NCBI GenBank assembly: GCA_045614685.1
Contig: JAZLDJ010000010.1
Coordinates: 1-56,382, forward strand
Source: Alistipes sp.
GTDB lineage: Bacteria; Bacteroidota; Bacteroidia; Bacteroidales; Rikenellaceae
Direction: 5' to 3'
Length of the DNA: 56,382 nucleotides
A program made the position numbers and the translations under genes. Positions 27,236 through 40,777 of this stretch are shown here, in pieces. The notes under the pieces are model-generated. The model ran no database searches, was not told the DNA's origin, and was given only the letters and a program-made list of their open reading frames with translations. Every line of letters begins with the position of its first letter. The stretch's first letter is position 1.

Positions 27236-28381
27236 TTACCACTCCGATGAGTTGTATTTATCTTTAGGAGCATTTGGAACATTCGGGAAGAATGTATGAC
27301 CCGTCTTCTTCTCAATCTCTGCCACCGACATTGTCTGTCGTGCTGCGCCACCCTTGTGCTCAAACCAAAATCCTACGCACTGAAGCTCGCTTGCCGAGCA
27401 GTTGCCAACCCACTTGCCGCTATTACCTTTCTTTGTGCGAAGGATGACCTTGTAGTAGTGAGTAGGAACTGCGCATGCTTTGCCATTACCCTTATTATCG
27501 TAGGCATAGCCATATCCAGGCTCGAAGTGTGCACCAGTGACCACATAGAGCGTATCCGAGCACATCCATTTTCCGCGCAAATCACTCTCTAGTGACTCCC
27601 AAGAAGCACCATTGAGCGACTGCAACTGCGGAGTCATATTCGTAAAGTAGAACGTCGTAGCGTTATCCTCGTTCGAAGCCAAGCGATCTGCCGAAGGAAG
27701 CTGATGACCGCGCGAATGGCTATATGACGAACCACCCTTCGGATAGTAGGCATTATAGAGGTTTGGCTCATACTCATCAGCTATGCAACAAGGGTCGTAG
27801 CTCCAAGCATTTGTGCGCTTGCCTCCACCCTCGGTATAGCACTCGTGAAGCGGATACGCCACCCACAATGCACAAAACTTCTCTCTATCGAAGCAAAACG
27901 AGTAGTTGCGCAACTTTTTATTCGAAGGCAACTTGTCGTGAATGCCATACTCCCAATTGAGGTTAGTCACCATCGTAGGCATCTCGGCCCAGCCACTAGT
28001 ATTGATAGTTGGAAGAGCCGGCGGAGTTGGTATTTCATCCTCCACGAATGCCTTCTGCGACACTATTATAGCCCTCTTAATATTATACTGCTTGTTCGTG
28101 ATAGTTATCTGACCACTACGTTTCTTGCTCTCCTGCGAGGCCTCGGCTGTAACCTTCACCCAAAACTGCTTGGTCGGCTCCACCGTGATCCAATCGATGT
28201 TTGGAGTGATTTCGTAGTCGAAGTTGGCGAGTATCTGAATATCCATTTCGCCACCCTCAGTACCAAACTCTATCGACTCGGGGCGGATTTGAAGATATGG
28301 CACAAAAGGCTTCTCGTCGCCCTCTGTCGAACACGCAACAACACTGCATAGCGCTAATAGGTATACGAATATCTTCTTCAT
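27236..28381 (-). CDS. lipoprotein: BACON domain plus DNA/RNA non-specific endonuclease
   Basis: SVVAC lipobox, DWITV/RSGQITI BACON pattern, SRGHQLPSADR, TFYFTNMTPQ...LN..W. Confidence 0.9.
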   Translation of the reverse strand: MKKIFVYLLALCSVVACSTEGDEKPFVPYLQIRPESIEFGTEGGEMDIQILANFDYEITPNIDWITVEPTKQFWVKVTAEASQESKKRSGQITITNKQYNIKRAIIVSQKAFVEDEIPTPPALPTINTSGWAEMPTMVTNLNWEYGIHDKLPSNKKLRNYSFCFDREKFCALWVAYPLHECYTEGGGKRTNAWSYDPCCIADEYEPNLYNAYYPKGGSSYSHSRGHQLPSADRLASNEDNATTFYFTNMTPQLQSLNGASWESLESDLRGKWMCSDTLYVVTGAHFEPGYGYAYDNKGNGKACAVPTHYYKVILRTKKGNSGKWVGNCSASELQCVGFWFEHKGGAARQTMSVAEIEKKTGHTFFPNVPNAPKDKYNSSEW

Positions 28382-29787
28382 CGCTTCTCGAGTTTTACAA
28401 CATTCTCAACGTGATGAGTATGCGGGAACATATCCACAGGCTGAACAGCTACAATGCGATACATACCGCTCATCAACGCCAAATCGCGTGCCTGAGTTGC
28501 AGGGTTGCAACTTACATAGACAATGCGCTCGGGTGCTGCGTTCAAGATAACATCAATAACAGGCTCATCGACACCTGCACGAGGTGGGTCAAGAATAATC
28601 ACGTCTGGGCGACCATTCTTGGCGATGAAGTCGTTGCTCAAGACCTTCCTCATATCGCCTGCGTAGAATACCGTGTTCTCGATGCCGTTAATCTCGGAGT
28701 TAATCTTTGCATCCTCGATAGCCTCGGGCACATACTCGATACCCACAACCTTCTTGCAACGCTTTGCGCAGAAGTTGGCGATTGTTCCGGTACCTGTATA
28801 GAGGTCGTATAGAGTATCGCCCTCTTTCAAATCGGCAAACTCGCGAGTAACCTTGTAGAGTTCGTATGCTTGCTTCGAGTTGGTCTGATAGAACGACTTA
28901 GGGCCAACCTTAAACTGCAAACCCTCCATCTCCTCCATGATATGGTCCTTACCCGAGAAGCAAATAGGCGTAAGGTCGCCTGTCGAATCGTTCCACTTCT
29001 CGTTTACAAAGAAAATGGTAGAGGTAATCTGCGGAAATGCTTCATTTACAGCTGTAAGCAACGCCTCAATCTTCTCCTGGTCGTACTCGTTAAAGATGAC
29101 CGAAAGCATAATGTCGCCCGTCGATGCGGTGCGGAGAATCATTCCACGCATCAAACCTTCGTGTGCTCTTGCGTTGTGGAACGAGTAGCCGTGCTCGATG
29201 CAGTAGTTCTTCAAGAAGTTGCGAATCTCGTTCGATGGCGAAGCCTGAAGGTGGCACTCCTCGATGTCGAGAATCTTGTCGAACATATTCGGGATGTGGA
29301 AGCCCAATGCTGGCTGCGGTGCAATATCGCCCTGCTCTGCAATCTCCTCGTAGGTGAGCCAACGGCGGTCAGCAAAGGTATACTCTATCTTGTTGCGGTA
29401 GTAGAGCTGCTGCTCCGAACCCAAGCAAGGTCGCACCTCGGGAATATCGAGCTTACCGATGCGCACAAGCTGGTCGCACACCTGCTGAGTCTTGTAGTCG
29501 AGCTGAGTCTGGTATGGCAGATTCTGCCATTTGCAACCACCACACACGCCAAAGTGCTTGCATACAGGCTCGCAACGCTTCTCCGATTTGCGGACAAAGT
29601 TCACTACTCTACCCTCCATAAAGCGGCGGTGCTGCTTGGTAATCTGCACATCTACAATATCGCCTGGCACGGTCATCGGCACAAATACCACCACGCCATC
29701 GTGGTGTCCCATAGCCTTACCTTCGGCTGCCAAAGTTGTTATCTCCAACCCCTCAATAAATGGGTGTGGTCCTCGTTTTCTTGCCAT
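28378..29787 (-). CDS. rlmD: 23S rRNA (uracil1939-C5)-methyltransferase
   Basis: TRAM domain, C.HFGVCGGC, SFYQTN, DLYTGTGTI, DPPRAG, YVSCNPAT, DMFPHT.HVE. Confidence 0.95.
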   Translation of the reverse strand: MARKRGPHPFIEGLEITTLAAEGKAMGHHDGVVVFVPMTVPGDIVDVQITKQHRRFMEGRVVNFVRKSEKRCEPVCKHFGVCGGCKWQNLPYQTQLDYKTQQVCDQLVRIGKLDIPEVRPCLGSEQQLYYRNKIEYTFADRRWLTYEEIAEQGDIAPQPALGFHIPNMFDKILDIEECHLQASPSNEIRNFLKNYCIEHGYSFHNARAHEGLMRGMILRTASTGDIMLSVIFNEYDQEKIEALLTAVNEAFPQITSTIFFVNEKWNDSTGDLTPICFSGKDHIMEEMEGLQFKVGPKSFYQTNSKQAYELYKVTREFADLKEGDTLYDLYTGTGTIANFCAKRCKKVVGIEYVPEAIEDAKINSEINGIENTVFYAGDMRKVLSNDFIAKNGRPDVIILDPPRAGVDEPVIDVILNAAPERIVYVSCNPATQARDLALMSGMYRIVAVQPVDMFPHTHHVENVVKLEKR

Positions 29788-29828
29788 AAAATCGTTGTTT
29801 CGTTATCTTTGGGACAAAGATAGTAAAA

Positions 29829-29860
29829 AATGCAGAATGCAGAGTGCAAAATGCAGAATT
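29829..29860. repeat. degenerate 7-mer tandem repeat (AATGCAG)n
   Basis: AATGCAG AATGCAG AGTGCAA AATGCAG AATT; inverted counterpart at 30141-30157. Confidence 0.7.
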
Positions 29861-29917
29861 AGTTAGCACTCTAGAGTTGAAAGTTGAGCATTGAGAGATT
29901 TTAACACCAATATAAGT

Positions 29918-29952
29918 AAACGAGAGTGTTCGAATTTGAACACCCTCGTTTT
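29918..29952. terminator. hairpin terminator
   Basis: AAACGAGAGTGTTC-GAATTT-GAACACCCTCGTTT. Confidence 0.7.
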
Positions 29953-29961
29953 GTTTTTGGA

Positions 29962-30141
29962 TTATTTTCGTGTTGTTGTGTCGGGAATCCAATGAAGAAG
30001 TGAAAGATCCCAAGTGTCATATTGACTGTAGTTCAACTTTGTTGGATCTGCATCTTTCGAAGCAAGTGTAGCGTACAGGCCATATTGTATAAAACACCAT
30101 TGTGTTACACCTGTCACACCATTTTCATCTCTTCCGTCGGT
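29962..30141 (-). pseudogene. start-less 3' gene fragment
   Basis: Open frame TDGRDENGVTGVTQWCFIQYGLYATLASKDADPTKLNYSQYDTWDLSLLHWIPDTTTRK* ending just before the terminator. Confidence 0.45.
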
Positions 30142-30157
30142 TTTGCATTTTGCATTC

Positions 30158-32341
<2,184 letters not shown>

Positions 32342-33418
32342 TTATTCAGCTTTTGTCGAGCAGTAGAGACAACGATGTGCGCCTCCGTCTGCCAAATAGA
32401 ACTTGTATGGAACATTCTCGTTGTTGCAGATACACTTCTTATTAGGACAAGCCAAGCCTTCAATCTCGACGAGCTCGTGGTTATGAAGCGGCTCAGCGCC
32501 CTGCTCCGCCCACTGCAAGAGAGTGTAAATCAACGCCATACGCACAAACTTACCATTCTCCACCTGGCGGAAGTATGCAGCACGAGGGTCGGCATCAACC
32601 TCCTTTGTAATCTCATTCACACGTGGAAGTGGATGCAACACAGCCATCTTCTCCTTTGCCAAAGCCATCTTCTCGGTGTCGAGGATATAGCAATCCTTCA
32701 CACGCTCATACTCGGCCTTGTCGGCAAAACGCTCCTGCTGAACGCGAGTCATATAGAGAATGTCCAACTCGCCCATAACCTCCTCGAGCGTCGACACCTC
32801 GCGATACTCGATGCCGTTCTTCTCGCATACGTCGTGCTTGATATAATCTGGCAAGCGCAACGAATCTGGAGCAATAAGAACAATCTTGGTGCCCTCATAG
32901 CGCGACAACGCCTTAATCAACGAGTGAACAGTACGTCCGTAGAGCAAGTCGCCACAGAAACCAATTGTAAGGTTATCGAGGTGACCCAACTCACGAGTGA
33001 TGGTCAAGAGGTCGGTCAAAGTCTGTGTTGGGTGGGCGTGCGCGCCATCACCAGCATTGATAATAGGCACGCGCGACACTTGCGACGCATCGAGTGGTGC
33101 ACCCTCGATATAGTGGCGCATAGCTATGATATCGGCAAAGCAACCTACAACGCGAACAGTATCCTCTACTGTCTCGCCCTTGCTCACCGACGATGAGTTT
33201 GCATCCGAGAAACCAAGAACATTGCCACCAAGCTCCATCATTGCAGCGGTAAAACTCAAACGGGTACGCGTACTTGGTTCGTAGAAGAGAGTTGCCAACT
33301 TCTTACCCTTGCAAACCTCGCTATATTTAGCACGATTGGCAATAATATCCAACGCCAACGCTACGATATCATCGGTCTCCTTGCGGGTAAGGTCGGTAGG
33401 ATCTGTCAAATGTCTCAT
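32342..33418 (-). CDS. pyrB: aspartate carbamoyltransferase with fused C-terminal PyrI-like Zn domain
   Basis: [21 protein letters not shown]; tail CPNKKCIC...RCLYC. Confidence 0.95.
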   Translation of the reverse strand: MRHLTDPTDLTRKETDDIVALALDIIANRAKYSEVCKGKKLATLFYEPSTRTRLSFTAAMMELGGNVLGFSDANSSSVSKGETVEDTVRVVGCFADIIAMRHYIEGAPLDASQVSRVPIINAGDGAHAHPTQTLTDLLTITRELGHLDNLTIGFCGDLLYGRTVHSLIKALSRYEGTKIVLIAPDSLRLPDYIKHDVCEKNGIEYREVSTLEEVMGELDILYMTRVQQERFADKAEYERVKDCYILDTEKMALAKEKMAVLHPLPRVNEITKEVDADPRAAYFRQVENGKFVRMALIYTLLQWAEQGAEPLHNHELVEIEGLACPNKKCICNNENVPYKFYLADGGAHRCLYCSTKAE

Positions 33419-33459
33419 AAAATCTTCTTTTTAGGGGCTATTAGCCATTAGCTACTAAT

Positions 33460-34089
33460 TTATTTGATCCAGCTCTCATCGCTTGGGTTGTTGCGGAATG
33501 CGAGGATGCGCTCCTGCCACTCAGGTGCAATGTAACCCTCCTCTGCAGCAACCTCTACGAGTGCGTCGAGATTCGACAACGAGTAGTTTACGGTGTTTGC
33601 TGCCTCGATACGCTCTACACCACGCTTCATTCCGTAGGTGAAGATGCTCACGATACCCAAAACATCTGCGCCAGCCTCACGCAAAGCGTCTACAACCTCG
33701 ATGCACGAGCCACCGGTCGAAATCAAATCCTCGATAACAACCACCTTCTGACCCTTCTCCAACTTACCCTCGATGCGGTTTGCACGGCCGTGATCCTTCG
33801 CGCCACTACGAACATAGCCCATTGGCAAGTCCAAGATAGTAGCCACGATAGCTGCGTGAGCAATACCAGCAGTTGATGTACCCATCAACACCTCGCACTC
33901 AGGGAAGTGCTTCTTTACCAACTCAGCTAAACCTGCCTCTACCTGCTCACGAACACTTGGAGCGGTGAGGATAAGGCGGTTATCGCAGTAGATTGGGCTC
34001 TTGATGCCGCTAGCCCATGTAAAAGGCTGCTCAGGGCGCAAAAATACAGCGTTAATCGAAAGTAACTCTTTTGCAATCTTCTTTTCCAT
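33460..34089 (-). CDS. pyrE: orotate phosphoribosyltransferase
   Basis: [29 protein letters not shown]. Confidence 0.96.
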   Translation of the reverse strand: MEKKIAKELLSINAVFLRPEQPFTWASGIKSPIYCDNRLILTAPSVREQVEAGLAELVKKHFPECEVLMGTSTAGIAHAAIVATILDLPMGYVRSGAKDHGRANRIEGKLEKGQKVVVIEDLISTGGSCIEVVDALREAGADVLGIVSIFTYGMKRGVERIEAANTVNYSLSNLDALVEVAAEEGYIAPEWQERILAFRNNPSDESWIK

Positions 34090-34112
34090 AGTCTTATATT
34101 AGTTTTAAGTTA

Positions 34113-34814
34113 TTACTCTCCCAAAAACTCTTTGCAACAACGCTCATAAGCCTCTACAGGATTTTCAGCTGCGGTGATAGGACGCCCAACAACGATGTAG
34201 TCCGAGCCAATCTCGCGAGCCTGCGCAGGGGTCATAATGCGCACCTGATCATCCTTCGAGCTATCTGCAAAGCGGACACCTGGAGTGATGGTGAAGAACT
34301 CCTTACCGCAGTGCTCCTTCACGAGCGAAGCCTCGAGTGGCGAGCAAACTACGCCATCCAAACCTGCCTCCTTGGCATTCTCTGCATACTTTGCGATACA
34401 GTCGTTGATGGTTGCATCGATAAGCAACTCCTTCTGCATACGCTCCTGACTAGTCGAAGTTAGCTGAGTTACAGCAATCAACAACGGACGAGTACCATCC
34501 TCGCGAGTCAATCCCTCCAAGCCTGCACGCATCATATCTACAGTACCTGCAGCGTGAACATTACACATATCTACATCGAGACGCGAAAGCACGCTCATAG
34601 CCTTGCGTACGGTGTTTGGAATATCGTGCAACTTAAGATCGAGGAAAATCTTGTGTCCGCGCTCCTTAATCTCGCGAACAATAGCAGGGCCCTCTGCATA
34701 GAAGAGCTCCATACCAATCTTCACGAAGGGTTTGCGGCCTGTGAACTTATCCAAAAACGAAAGTGTCTGCTCCTTGCTGCTAAAGTCGCACGCAATAATT
34801 ACATCCTTTGCCAT
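34113..34814 (-). CDS. pyrF: orotidine-5'-phosphate decarboxylase
   Basis: KIGMELF, FLDLKLHDIPNT, TPGVR, VVGRPI. Confidence 0.96.
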   Translation of the reverse strand: MAKDVIIACDFSSKEQTLSFLDKFTGRKPFVKIGMELFYAEGPAIVREIKERGHKIFLDLKLHDIPNTVRKAMSVLSRLDVDMCNVHAAGTVDMMRAGLEGLTREDGTRPLLIAVTQLTSTSQERMQKELLIDATINDCIAKYAENAKEAGLDGVVCSPLEASLVKEHCGKEFFTITPGVRFADSSKDDQVRIMTPAQAREIGSDYIVVGRPITAAENPVEAYERCCKEFLGE

Positions 34815-34827
34815 AACTTATTCTCTT

Positions 34828-35742
34828 TTATTCTATTATTCCAATTATATCACTCAACTTCTCGATACCGAGTCGCTCCATAACATATGGCAACTCCTCG
34901 ATAATATCCTTGCAAGCGTATGGGTTACGCAAGTTCTCTGCGCCTACCTGAACACCCGTAGCACCAGCCATCATCATCTCGACGACATCCTCAGCCGACG
35001 ACACGCCACCGCAACCGATAACCGGAATCTTCACGGCGTGAGCCACCTGATAGACCATTCGTACTGCAATAGGGAAGATTGCTGCGCCCGAGAATCCACC
35101 CATCTTATTAGCAATCACAGGCTTTCTGCGAGCGATATCGATACGCATACCTAGCATCGTATTAATAAGCGTAATGCCATCAGCACCAGCATCTTCACAC
35201 GCCTTAGCGATAGCCACAATGTCGGTCACATTTGGCGAGAGCTTGATAAATACAGGCTTTGTGGTAACTGCCTTAACAGCCTTTGTTACTGCTGCTGCCG
35301 ACTCTGCCGATGTACCGAATGCCATACCGCCATTATGAACGTTAGGACACGATATATTTACCTCGAGAATAGCAACCTGCTCCTCCCTATCCAACTTCTG
35401 ACAACACTCCACATACTCCTCGATGGAGAAGCCGCTGATGTTGGCAATAATTGGCTTACGGAAAATCTTGCGCAACTCGGGCAATTCGTGAGCGATAACT
35501 GCATCAACACCAGGGTTCTGCAAGCCTACCGAGTTAATCAAACCCGAAGGACACTCGGCAATACGAGGTGTAGCATTTCCAAAACGCGCGTCACGAGTAG
35601 TTCCCTTGAACGATATCGAACCGAGAATGTTAATATCGTAAATCTCAGCCATCTCCTTGCCAAAGCCAAATGTTCCGCTGGCAGGAATTACGGGGTTATC
35701 CAATGCAACACCGCACAACTCAACCGAAAGATCTCTTACCAT
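34828..35742 (-). CDS. pyrD: dihydroorotate dehydrogenase 1B catalytic subunit
   Basis: ASGTFGFG, NSVGLQNPG, EVNISCPN, KLSPNVTDI. Confidence 0.95.
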   Translation of the reverse strand: MVRDLSVELCGVALDNPVIPASGTFGFGKEMAEIYDINILGSISFKGTTRDARFGNATPRIAECPSGLINSVGLQNPGVDAVIAHELPELRKIFRKPIIANISGFSIEEYVECCQKLDREEQVAILEVNISCPNVHNGGMAFGTSAESAAAVTKAVKAVTTKPVFIKLSPNVTDIVAIAKACEDAGADGITLINTMLGMRIDIARRKPVIANKMGGFSGAAIFPIAVRMVYQVAHAVKIPVIGCGGVSSAEDVVEMMMAGATGVQVGAENLRNPYACKDIIEELPYVMERLGIEKLSDIIGIIE

Positions 35743-36473
35743 ATCACATCCTCCTTCTTAAATACTGGGCCCTCTTTGCACACACGCTTTGCGCCCTTTG
35801 TTGTCTGAATCGAACAGCCCATGCAGATACCAAAACCGCAGCCCATACGCTCCTCGAGCGAAACCTCACCATCGATTTCGAGACCCTGGGACAACGCCTT
35901 AAGCATTGGCAGTGGGCCACACGAGTAGAAGTAATCGGCCTCTACTCCACTCTCGGCAATGGCGTTGGTAACAAAGCCCTTAACGCCCACCGAGCCATCT
36001 GCCGTTGCTACAATCACCTTTGCGCCCAACTCTTCGAACTTCTCTGCATAGAAAATCTCCGATTCGGTATTAAAGCCCAACACTACGGTTACATCCTTGC
36101 CGCGAGCAACCAAATCGCGCGTAAGACGATAGAGAGGAGGCACTCCTACTCCACCACCTACGAGCAAAGGCTTCTCGCACTCGTGGTCGATATTGAAGCC
36201 ATTTCCACAGCCAGTCAACACATCGAGCTGGGTACCCTCGGCCATCTGCGACATCAAATCTGTGCCTTTACCTACTACCTTATATATAATAGTAAGCTCA
36301 CCCTCGTCGTAGTTGCAAACCGAGATTGGTCGGCGGAGATATAAGCCATCGAGGGCAATCTCCACAAACTGTCCTGCACGAGTAACGCCCGACACATCAC
36401 CTGCGAGATGCATCTCGTAGATGAGAGGTGTCAAGGCATCGTTTTTTGTTACGGTTAGGATAACTTTCTGCAT
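35736..36473 (-). CDS. pyrK: dihydroorotate dehydrogenase electron transfer subunit
   Basis: LRRPISV, GGGVGVPP, CGPLPML, EERMGCGFGICMGC...VCKEGPVF. Confidence 0.95.
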   Translation of the reverse strand: MQKVILTVTKNDALTPLIYEMHLAGDVSGVTRAGQFVEIALDGLYLRRPISVCNYDEGELTIIYKVVGKGTDLMSQMAEGTQLDVLTGCGNGFNIDHECEKPLLVGGGVGVPPLYRLTRDLVARGKDVTVVLGFNTESEIFYAEKFEELGAKVIVATADGSVGVKGFVTNAIAESGVEADYFYSCGPLPMLKALSQGLEIDGEVSLEERMGCGFGICMGCSIQTTKGAKRVCKEGPVFKKEDVIW

Positions 36474-36476
36474 AAC

Positions 36477-39400
36477 CTATTTTGTTCTATACTCGGCATC
36501 AATTGTCGATACACCGAGTGTAATCTCCTCCAATACATCGAGCAATGCGCTAACAGTCTCGAGTGCAGTGATAATCGAAACATTGTTCTCCACTGCAGCA
36601 TTACGAATCTCGTAGCCGTCGAGACGTGTATTGTGCTGATTTACATCGATAGTATTGATTACATATCTTACATGTCCCTTCGACAAACTCTTGATGATAT
36701 CGTCACTACCCTCTCCGATCTTACGCAACGAGCGTGTACGCAAGCCGTGCTTACGCAAGAATGCTGCTGTACCCTCGGTAGCCTCCAAGTTGAATCCGAG
36801 ATTGTAGAATCGGCGGATGAGTGGCAATGCTGCCTCCTTGTCCTTGTCGGCGATAGTGAGGAATACGGTACCATAGTTCACTACGGTCATACCCGAAGCC
36901 TGCAACGACTTGTAGAGTGCGCGAGTAAGCGACTTGTCGTATCCGATAGCCTCACCAGTAGACTTCATCTCTGGCGAGAGGTACGAATCTACTCCCTTAA
37001 TCTTTGCAAACGAGAATGCAGGAGTCTTAACGAAGTAACGCTTTGGCTCCTCGCCGCATACGTTTGTAATACCTTGCGATGGTAACGACTCGCCCAACAT
37101 TACGCGGGTTGCAATCTTTGCCATAGGCACATTGGTCGACTTCGAGAGGAATGGCACAGTACGCGACGAACGAGGGTTCACCTCAATTACGTAGACCTTA
37201 TCCTCCGAATCCACGATAAACTGGATATTGTAGAGACCAACGATACCGATAGCGCGACCAAGGCGAATGGTATAGTCAATCATCAAATCCTTAACCTTCT
37301 GGCTGAGCGAGAACGATGGATAGACGCTGATAGAGTCACCCGAGTGAACTCCGGTGTGCTCCACGTGCTCCATAATACCTGGGATGAAGACATTGCCCTC
37401 GGCATCGCAGATAGCATCAACCTCAGCCTCTCTACCCATAATATATTTATCTACCAATACAGGCGAATCCTCAGTAACCTCTACCGCATTGTGCAAGTAG
37501 TGGCGAAGAGCCTGCTCGTTACCTACAATCTGCATTGCGCGACCACCCAACACGAAGCTTGGGCGCACCAATACAGGGTAACCGATATTTGCAGCGGCCT
37601 CTACACCCTCCTCGATATCTGTTACAGCCTTAGCCTTTGGCTGAGGAATACCAACCTCGCGCATGATAGCCTCGAAGAGCTTTCTATCCTCGGCTCTATC
37701 GATAGCCTCGATACCAGTGCCTACAACCTTTACGCCCATCTTCTCGAGTGGCTTTGCAAGGTTAATAGCGGTCTGACCACCAAGTGTTACGATAACGCCA
37801 TCAGGCTGCTCCATGCGGATGATGTTCATTACATTCTCAACGGTGAGAGGCTCGAAGTACAACTTATCCGAGATGGTAAAGTCTGTAGAGACGGTCTCAG
37901 GGTTATTGTTGATAATGATAGCTTCGTAACCAGCCTCGCGGATAGTCCAAATAGCGTGTACTGTTGTGTAGTCGAACTCCACACCCTGACCGATACGGAT
38001 AGGACCCGAACCGAGCACTACAATCTTCTTGCGATCGCTTACAATCGACTCGTTCTCCTGCTCGTAGGTCGAATAGAAATAAGGTACATAGCCCGAGTAC
38101 TCGCCTGCGCAAGTATCGATAGTCTTGTATACCGGCTTAACATTGAGTTCCTGACGCAACTCGAACACCTCCGACTCGGTCATACCCCACAGCTGGCCGA
38201 TAAACTTATCGCCAAAACCGATGCGCTTAGCCTCGAGGAGCACCTCGCGGTCACCCTTGTGAGCCTTGAGCTCGCGCTCGAAGTTTACGATATTATCAAT
38301 CTTCTTCAAGAAGAACATATCAATCTTGGTGCGGTCGTAGATGAGCGAACGGTCTACACCACGGCGCAACAACTCGGCAATAGCATAGATGCGGTCATCG
38401 GTTGAGCGAGTGATATACTGCAACACGTCGGCAGTAGCCATCTCGTCGAACTTCTTGTGATAGATGTGGCATACACCGGTCTCGAGCGAGCGAATAGCCT
38501 TCAACAAGCTCTCCTCGATAGTGCGGCCAATACTCATAACCTCACCCGTAGCTTTCATCTGTGTACCGAGTTCGTTCGATGCCTCGCTAAACTTATCGAA
38601 TGGGAAACGAGCAACCTTAGTGACGATGTAGTCCAATGCGGGCTCCGAGCAAGCAGGGCCGTTCGAGAGCATAATCTCGTCGAGAGTCATACCCACAGCC
38701 ACCTTTGCAGTTACGCGAGCAATTGGGAAACCACTTGCCTTCGATGCCAAAGCCGACGAGCGCGAAACTCGTGGGTTCACCTCAATGATATAGTAATTGA
38801 ACGAGAGTGGGTCCAAAGCAAACTGAACGTTGCAACCACCCTCAATCTTCAATGCACGGATAATCTTGAGCGCGCTAGTACGGAGCATCTGAGCCTCCTT
38901 GTCGGTCAATGTCTGACAAGGTGCTACCACGATAGAGTCACCAGTGTGAACACCTACAGGGTCAACATTCTCCATATTACAGATAGTAATCGCGGTGTCA
39001 TTCTTGTCGCGCATCACCTCGTACTCAATCTCCTTGTAGCCCTTGATGCTCTTCTCTACCAACACCTGGTGTACTGCAGAGAGTGCCAAGGCGTTACGCA
39101 TCAACTCGCGCAACTCCTCCTCGTTGTCAACGAAGCCACCACCTGTACCACCGAGGGTAAATGCAGGACGGAGTACCAACGGATAACCAATCTTCTTGGC
39201 AACCTCTACACCCTCTTCGATTGTATTCACAACCTCCGAAGGCAATACTGGCTCGCCCAAGTCGATACAGAGCTGCTTGAACAACTCACGGTCCTCGGCC
39301 TGCTCGATACTCTCGAACGATGTTCCCAAGATCTCAACACCGCACTCTTCGAGGATACCCTTCTTCGCGAGCTGTACGGCGAGGTTCAAACCGGTCTGAC

Positions 39401-39674
39401 CACCCAAGCCTGGAACAATTGCATCTGGACGCTCGTAGCGAATAATCTTTGCCACATACTCCAACTTCAAAGGCTCCATATAAACCTTGTCGGCGATGAA
39501 TGTATCGGTCATGATGGTTGCAGGGTTCGAGTTCACAAGGATAACCTCGTAACCCTCCTCTTTCAATGCAAGACAAGCCTGTGTACCTGCATAGTCGAAC
39601 TCGGCTGCCTGGCCAATAACGATTGGGCCCGAGCCGATAACCATTACTTTCTTTATATCTGTTCTCTTAGGCAT
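36477..39674 (-). CDS. carB: carbamoyl-phosphate synthase large subunit
   Basis: [30 protein letters not shown], two ATP-grasp halves, MGS domain. Confidence 0.97.
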   Translation of the reverse strand: MPKRTDIKKVMVIGSGPIVIGQAAEFDYAGTQACLALKEEGYEVILVNSNPATIMTDTFIADKVYMEPLKLEYVAKIIRYERPDAIVPGLGGQTGLNLAVQLAKKGILEECGVEILGTSFESIEQAEDRELFKQLCIDLGEPVLPSEVVNTIEEGVEVAKKIGYPLVLRPAFTLGGTGGGFVDNEEELRELMRNALALSAVHQVLVEKSIKGYKEIEYEVMRDKNDTAITICNMENVDPVGVHTGDSIVVAPCQTLTDKEAQMLRTSALKIIRALKIEGGCNVQFALDPLSFNYYIIEVNPRVSRSSALASKASGFPIARVTAKVAVGMTLDEIMLSNGPACSEPALDYIVTKVARFPFDKFSEASNELGTQMKATGEVMSIGRTIEESLLKAIRSLETGVCHIYHKKFDEMATADVLQYITRSTDDRIYAIAELLRRGVDRSLIYDRTKIDMFFLKKIDNIVNFERELKAHKGDREVLLEAKRIGFGDKFIGQLWGMTESEVFELRQELNVKPVYKTIDTCAGEYSGYVPYFYSTYEQENESIVSDRKKIVVLGSGPIRIGQGVEFDYTTVHAIWTIREAGYEAIIINNNPETVSTDFTISDKLYFEPLTVENVMNIIRMEQPDGVIVTLGGQTAINLAKPLEKMGVKVVGTGIEAIDRAEDRKLFEAIMREVGIPQPKAKAVTDIEEGVEAAANIGYPVLVRPSFVLGGRAMQIVGNEQALRHYLHNAVEVTEDSPVLVDKYIMGREAEVDAICDAEGNVFIPGIMEHVEHTGVHSGDSISVYPSFSLSQKVKDLMIDYTIRLGRAIGIVGLYNIQFIVDSEDKVYVIEVNPRSSRTVPFLSKSTNVPMAKIATRVMLGESLPSQGITNVCGEEPKRYFVKTPAFSFAKIKGVDSYLSPEMKSTGEAIGYDKSLTRALYKSLQASGMTVVNYGTVFLTIADKDKEAALPLIRRFYNLGFNLEATEGTAAFLRKHGLRTRSLRKIGEGSDDIIKSLSKGHVRYVINTIDVNQHNTRLDGYEIRNAAVENNVSIITALETVSALLDVLEEITLGVSTIDAEYRTK

Positions 39675-39678
39675 CTTT

Positions 39679-40758
39679 CTACTCCTCCATCAATTTAATA
39701 AACTTATCGAAAAGATATGCGCTATCCTGCGCGCCCGGAGCCGACTCCGGATTGTACTGTACCGAGAATACTCGCTCTGCAGTGCACTCGATACCCTCTA
39801 CCGTATTATCGATTACGCTACGGTGAGTTACTGCAAGCGGAGTTGCCTCCAACGACTTCTCGTTTACGAAATAGAGCGAGCCCTGCGAGGTAATCTCGAT
39901 CTTGCCACTCTCGAGGTTGCGTACTGGATGACCTCCACCACGATGAACACCATCAATGGTAGCCACCTCGGCACCATAAGCCAATGCAAGCAACTGGTGA
40001 CCAAGACCTATACCAAAGATTGGCAACTTGCCACGCAACTGCTTGATCAACTCAACAACTACTGGTACATCTGCTGGTGCGCCCGGACCATTCGAAATAA
40101 GTACTCCGTGTGGGTTGAATGCCAAAATCTCCTCGGCTGGAGTGTTGAACGGCACAATCACCACGTTGCAACCGCGCTTGTTGAGCATACGCACCAAGTT
40201 CAACTTTGCACCGCAATCTACCAAAACCACATCGAATCGGTGGTTTGGAGTGCGCGAATACCAACGCTTCTTGCAGCTAACCTGCTCTACGGCGTTGTGT
40301 ACCTCTGGTGTAGCAGCGATAAGAGCCAACGCCTCCTCCTTCGTCATCTCGGCAGGTACGATAGCTGCGCGGCAGCTCTTCGAATCGCGAATGATACGAG
40401 TGAGCATACGTGTGTCAATGCCGCTGATACCAGGAATCGAGTCCTCCTCCATCAACTCGGCGATGGTCTTTGTGTAGCGGAAGTTGCTCGGAGTCATACA
40501 CTCCTCGCGTACCACCAAACCACCGATCGAGAGGTCGCGAGCCTCGAAATCGTCATCGGTAATACCATAGTTACCAATTGTAGGATAGGTCATCACCACA
40601 ATCTGATTGGTGCATGCTGGATTCGACAGAATCTCCTGATAACCGGCCATAGAGGTATTGAATACGATGTCGCATACTGCCACTTTGTCGGCACCGAAAC
40701 CATATCCATAGAACTCCTGACCGCTCTCCAAAACTAATTTTTTGTCTGGTTGTTTCAT
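39679..40758 (-). CDS. carA: carbamoyl-phosphate synthase small subunit lacking glutaminase catalytic residues
   Basis: [24 protein letters not shown] present; GIGLGHQ replaces GICLGHQ and VQYNPE replaces VQYHPE (both checked at codon level). Confidence 0.92.
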   Translation of the reverse strand: MKQPDKKLVLESGQEFYGYGFGADKVAVCDIVFNTSMAGYQEILSNPACTNQIVVMTYPTIGNYGITDDDFEARDLSIGGLVVREECMTPSNFRYTKTIAELMEEDSIPGISGIDTRMLTRIIRDSKSCRAAIVPAEMTKEEALALIAATPEVHNAVEQVSCKKRWYSRTPNHRFDVVLVDCGAKLNLVRMLNKRGCNVVIVPFNTPAEEILAFNPHGVLISNGPGAPADVPVVVELIKQLRGKLPIFGIGLGHQLLALAYGAEVATIDGVHRGGGHPVRNLESGKIEITSQGSLYFVNEKSLEATPLAVTHRSVIDNTVEGIECTAERVFSVQYNPESAPGAQDSAYLFDKFIKLMEE

Positions 40759-40777
40759 CTGTTCTAATATTTTGTTG

